The notes beneath the pieces were generated by a model. That model saw only the letters and a list, made by a program, of their open reading frames with translations, did not search any database and was not told the origin of the DNA. Shown here piece by piece: positions 60,065-64,000 of a stretch of DNA of 64,000 nucleotides. The position numbers and the translations under genes are program-made. The stretch is from Azolla caroliniana. Its lineage: Eukaryota > Plantae > Polypodiophyta. The DNA lies in contig JBHGNT010000009.1 in assembly GCA_043228905.1 (NCBI GenBank), forward strand, positions 14,384,001 through 14,448,000, given 5' to 3'. Each line of letters begins with the position of its first letter. Position 1 is the stretch's first letter.

Positions 60065-63000
60065 CGTAAGCGCACCAACTCCAGGTACGACTCAACGCCA
60101 CGACAGTGGCTCGAGTCCGTCTCGATCCCTTCTCTCGGGGGTGGTCGGGTGGATCGGCACCCTTCTTTCTATCTCTCTCCTTCCTTATTTATCTATCTTT
60201 TATCCTTATCATATGCTTTATACAAAGGAGAAAGACTCACCATTATACAAGGTGGGAGGAGGGTGCTTTATATAGTCACCCTCTCTCTTCATTAACTACA
60301 ACACTCATGGAGCATGGGGAATGTGAAAGCTCATAAGTTATGTGTCATAGAATATGATTCTATGACTCATACTAAATGCTAGAATACAAAGTGGTGACAT
60401 AATGGTGAATCTTGACCATTGGAGTGTCTATTCACTCTCAAGGTGAGTTCGCACACTAGACCAAGTTGAGCTTGATTCTCAACACGCCCCCTCAAGCTCA
60501 AGTCGGGTCGGTTTCAGATGGTATCCGAAATCCGCTTCGATTCGCGTTCTGGAGTCCGCGTCGACTCGCGTTTATGCGGAGTTGTGGAATCCGTGCTCCA
60601 GCTTGCATTGTGCGTAGTTGCAAAGTTTGTGCTTCGGCTTGCGTCTTTCTTCGCGGCAGATCGGCTCTTCGCGGCTTCGTTGCGCGGTTGCGGACTCCAC
60701 GCGTTATTGCGTAGTGTCTTCAGTACTCCCCCTCAAGCTTGGCAGGTCAGGGATTGTCAATCCGAGATCGGTCATGAATTACCATAACTTGTCGGATCCT
60801 AAGGCTTTAGTGAAGATGTCGGCCATTGGAAGATTTGTGCCAATGTGTTGTAGGCGACATCGCCAGCTAGAACGCACTCTCGGATGAAGTGATAGTGCAC
60901 TTCGATGTGCTTTGTCCACGCATGGAACACCGGGTTCCGAGCTAGATAGATACTGCTCATGTTGTCACAGTAAAGGGAAGTTGAATCCTTGATGGGTACG
61001 CCCAGATCCTTGAGTATCCTTTTGGGCCATACGGCTTCACATGCGGCCACGGCTGCGCCCCTGTATTTCGCTTCTGTGATCAAAAAAGCGACAGTTGGTT
61101 GGTTTTTGCTGTTCCAGGATATTGCTCCGCTACCGAGGGAAAAAAAAAAATCCGTAGGTTGATTTTCTATCGGCTTTGTAGCCAGCCCAATCGGCGTCTG
61201 TGTACCCCTCAAGTTGTATTGGCATCGCGGTCTTACAGAGGATGCCACAATCCATTGTGCCGCTCACGTATCGTAGAACTCGCTTAGCGCAATCCAAGTG
61301 AGTATCACGTGGTGTTTGCATGAATTGACTAAGGAGACCGACCGGATAACTGAGATCAGGTCGAGTGATCATGAGGTAGATGAGACTCCCGATGAGTTGC
61401 CAATACTGATTCGGCTCACATGCTTTGGTGCCAAAGTTCGCATCTAGTTTGAGAATGCAATCGAGTGGGGTTGCCGTGGATTTTCACTCAGCCATACCGA
61501 ACTTGTATAACAAGTTGAGGATGTAGTGCCGTTGAGAGATCATGATTCCGGCCGGAGTCCGAATTACCTCAATGCCGAGGAAGTAGTGGAGCTCCTTCAT
61601 GTTCGTCATCTCGAACTTGTCGGAAAGGAGAGATTTGACCTTATTGATTTCGACGAGATGCTCACCTCCAATGACTAGGTCATCCACATATAAGATGATG
61701 ACGATCAGACTTGCAGAATCGCTTCGTATGTAGAGGGAGTTGTCCGATTTTGACATACGGAAGCCGATTTGATGAAGATATTGCGTTATCTTCGAATGCC
61801 AAGCACGCGGTGCTTGATTGAGGCCATAGAGTGGCTTCTTAAGTCAGCATACAGCTTTCGGATGGGTGCTCGAGTTGAAGCCGGGTGGTTGTATCATGTG
61901 CACCTCCTCTTCTAATTCGCCTTGTAGAAAGGCGTTCTTGACGTCCATTTGATGGAGGTGCCACCCTTTTGCCGCGGCAAGTGCAATTACAGTCCGTACC
62001 GTTGTCATCTTTGCCACCAGGGCAAAGGTCTCTTCGTAGTCAACGTCGTGCATTTGTGCGTAGCCTTTCGATACGAGTCGTGTTTTGTAGCGGTTGACAG
62101 AACCGTCAGCGTTATACTTCACTTTGTAAATCCATCTGCATCCGATCGCCTTTTTGTGTGGTGAGGTGGGAACGAGATCCCACGTCTCATTCTTGCGTAG
62201 TGCCTACATCTCCTCGTTCATGGCTTTGATCCATCGCGGATCCTTGGCTACTACGGAAAATGTTTCCGGCTCGCGTACTGTCGCCACCTTCATCATAAAG
62301 GCATAGTGATATGCCATGTAGTCGTTGTAGCCCAATCGGCTGACTGGATTCTTTTCACGGGTGGAGCTACGGAGCTTTTCATTTGTAGAGATGAGGGCTT
62401 TCTTAGCTCCGATTGGTACATCGAAGCCGCCGAACTCACTGTCAAGTGAGTGAGTCGACTCATCGTCGTCGAAGCGATCGTCTTCATATTCCAACATTTT
62501 TGCCTTGCCTTTGTCCATCTTCAGGCTAGGTCGTGATGTGCTTTGATCGCTCGAGGGCTCTTGTGGCCCACTTAGCCTTGTGGTAACCAGGCTATCTTCG
62601 AACATGTCTTCGAGGCGATCTCCACCTTCTCGCTCTTGTTCGATCGGTTCCGCGTCGATCGGGGTCGAAGTCGGAATCTTCTCTGGTGCGTACTAGGATG
62701 CAGATTCGTCGAACACGACGTCTCGACTTACTCGAACTTTTCAGGTAGATGGGTTGTAGCATTTGTACCCCTTTTGTTCGAGTGAGTATCCTACGAGGAT
62801 ACATTTCTCCGACTTTGGATCTAGCTTTTGCCGCTTTTCGTTGGTTATGTGCATGTATGCTATCGCGCCGAATATCCAGGTGTGCGATAAGTCCGGCTTC
62901 TTTCCGAAGTATTTTTCGTGCAGAGTGACCTCGTGCACACCGGATGTTGTGCACCGGTTCATTAGGTAGACAGCCGTATTTGCAGCTTCGGCCCAATATG

Positions 63001-64000
63001 ACTTGGGCATATGCTTCTCATTCATCATGGCCCGCGCTACTTCGAGGATGTGCTGATTTTTGCGCTCGGCTACTCTGTTTTGTTGCGGAGTGTGTCGGCA
63101 AGTGAATTCTCGCCGAATTCCTTCTTTTCGGAGATACGCCGTGAAATCGTTCGAGAAGTAGTCCTTGCCGCCATCCGATCGAAGGCATCGTACATGACGA
63201 CCAGTGGCTTTTTCGACTTCATTTTTAAACCTTTGGAAGTGTCTAAACACTTCGCTCTTTTGTTGCATCGGATAGAGCCACGTGTGCATGGAGAAGTCGT
63301 CGATGAAGAGCACGTAATATCGGCATCTGCAGAACGTAGCCGTCTGCGCCGGTCCCCATACGTCGGAATGGACTACGTCGAGTAGACCTTTGCTCACGTT
63401 CCACTCTTTCGGGAATTGGTGTCGGTGTTGCTTGCCGAATTGGCACGCTTCGCATACTCCTTCAATCTCCTTCTCTTTGAATGTCGGGAGTCCAATGACG
63501 ACTCCTTTCGATTTCATTGCTTTGAGTTTGTTGAGATTGATGTGGCCGATTCGCTTGTGCCATAGTTCTATGTCAGAGTCAGCTTTCGTGCTTTTTGCGA
63601 ACATGGTGGATTTCATCTCGTGTGAATCGAGAATGAACATCCGGCCCTCTCTTCTTCCACGCGCGATGATTCGGCCCTCTTTTTCGATGAAGCACCCTTC
63701 TTGGTCGAATCGTACTTGCATCCCTTGCTCAACCATTTGACCGACCGAGACCAAATTCTTCGTGATGGTGGGAACATGCAAGACATTTTTAATGTATGTT
63801 TGCATACCTCTTTCGCCGAACAGAACATTGCCGATGTGCCGAATCGGGTGCGTAGTGTCATCTCCGGTTTCGACATAACCAGGTCGTTCCAGCTCTCAAA
63901 GTTCGAGAAACCATTCTTTATGAGATGTCATATGGTTTGAGGCTCCAGAGTCAACAAACCATACGTCCTCCAGATTGAGGGCACTAGTTGAGGTAGAGGC
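60065..64000 (-). mobile_element. Copia retrotransposon C5 (3' LTR ~60065-60484; RH, RT, INT, protease; runs off the window)
   Basis: ORFs with [31 protein letters not shown] and WHKRIGH; PPT complement after 60484. Confidence 0.9.

Overview
Eukaryotic, most likely land-plant, repeat-rich genomic DNA. The only host gene is an intronless type IIB Ca2+-ATPase (3611-6997, minus). Most of the rest is a nest of decayed Copia and Gypsy LTR retrotransposons and solo LTRs. The standout is a ~10 kb cut-and-paste DNA transposon (45773-55827; 36-bp TIRs, 4-bp ATGA TSD). It has an intact Sola-like DDD transposase and, divergently, a six-exon cargo gene encoding a ParB/Srx-like domain fused to a beta-class N6-adenine/N4-cytosine DNA methyltransferase. 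Intron 1 of the cargo gene holds a 51-bp-period array of 25-bp palindromes. A diverged, decayed second copy (about 7930-19836, opposite orientation) keeps the same layout, the same intron phase and a 52-bp-period array of a different 25-bp palindrome with symmetric substitutions. All calls come from reading sequence and motifs by eye; no database searches were run.
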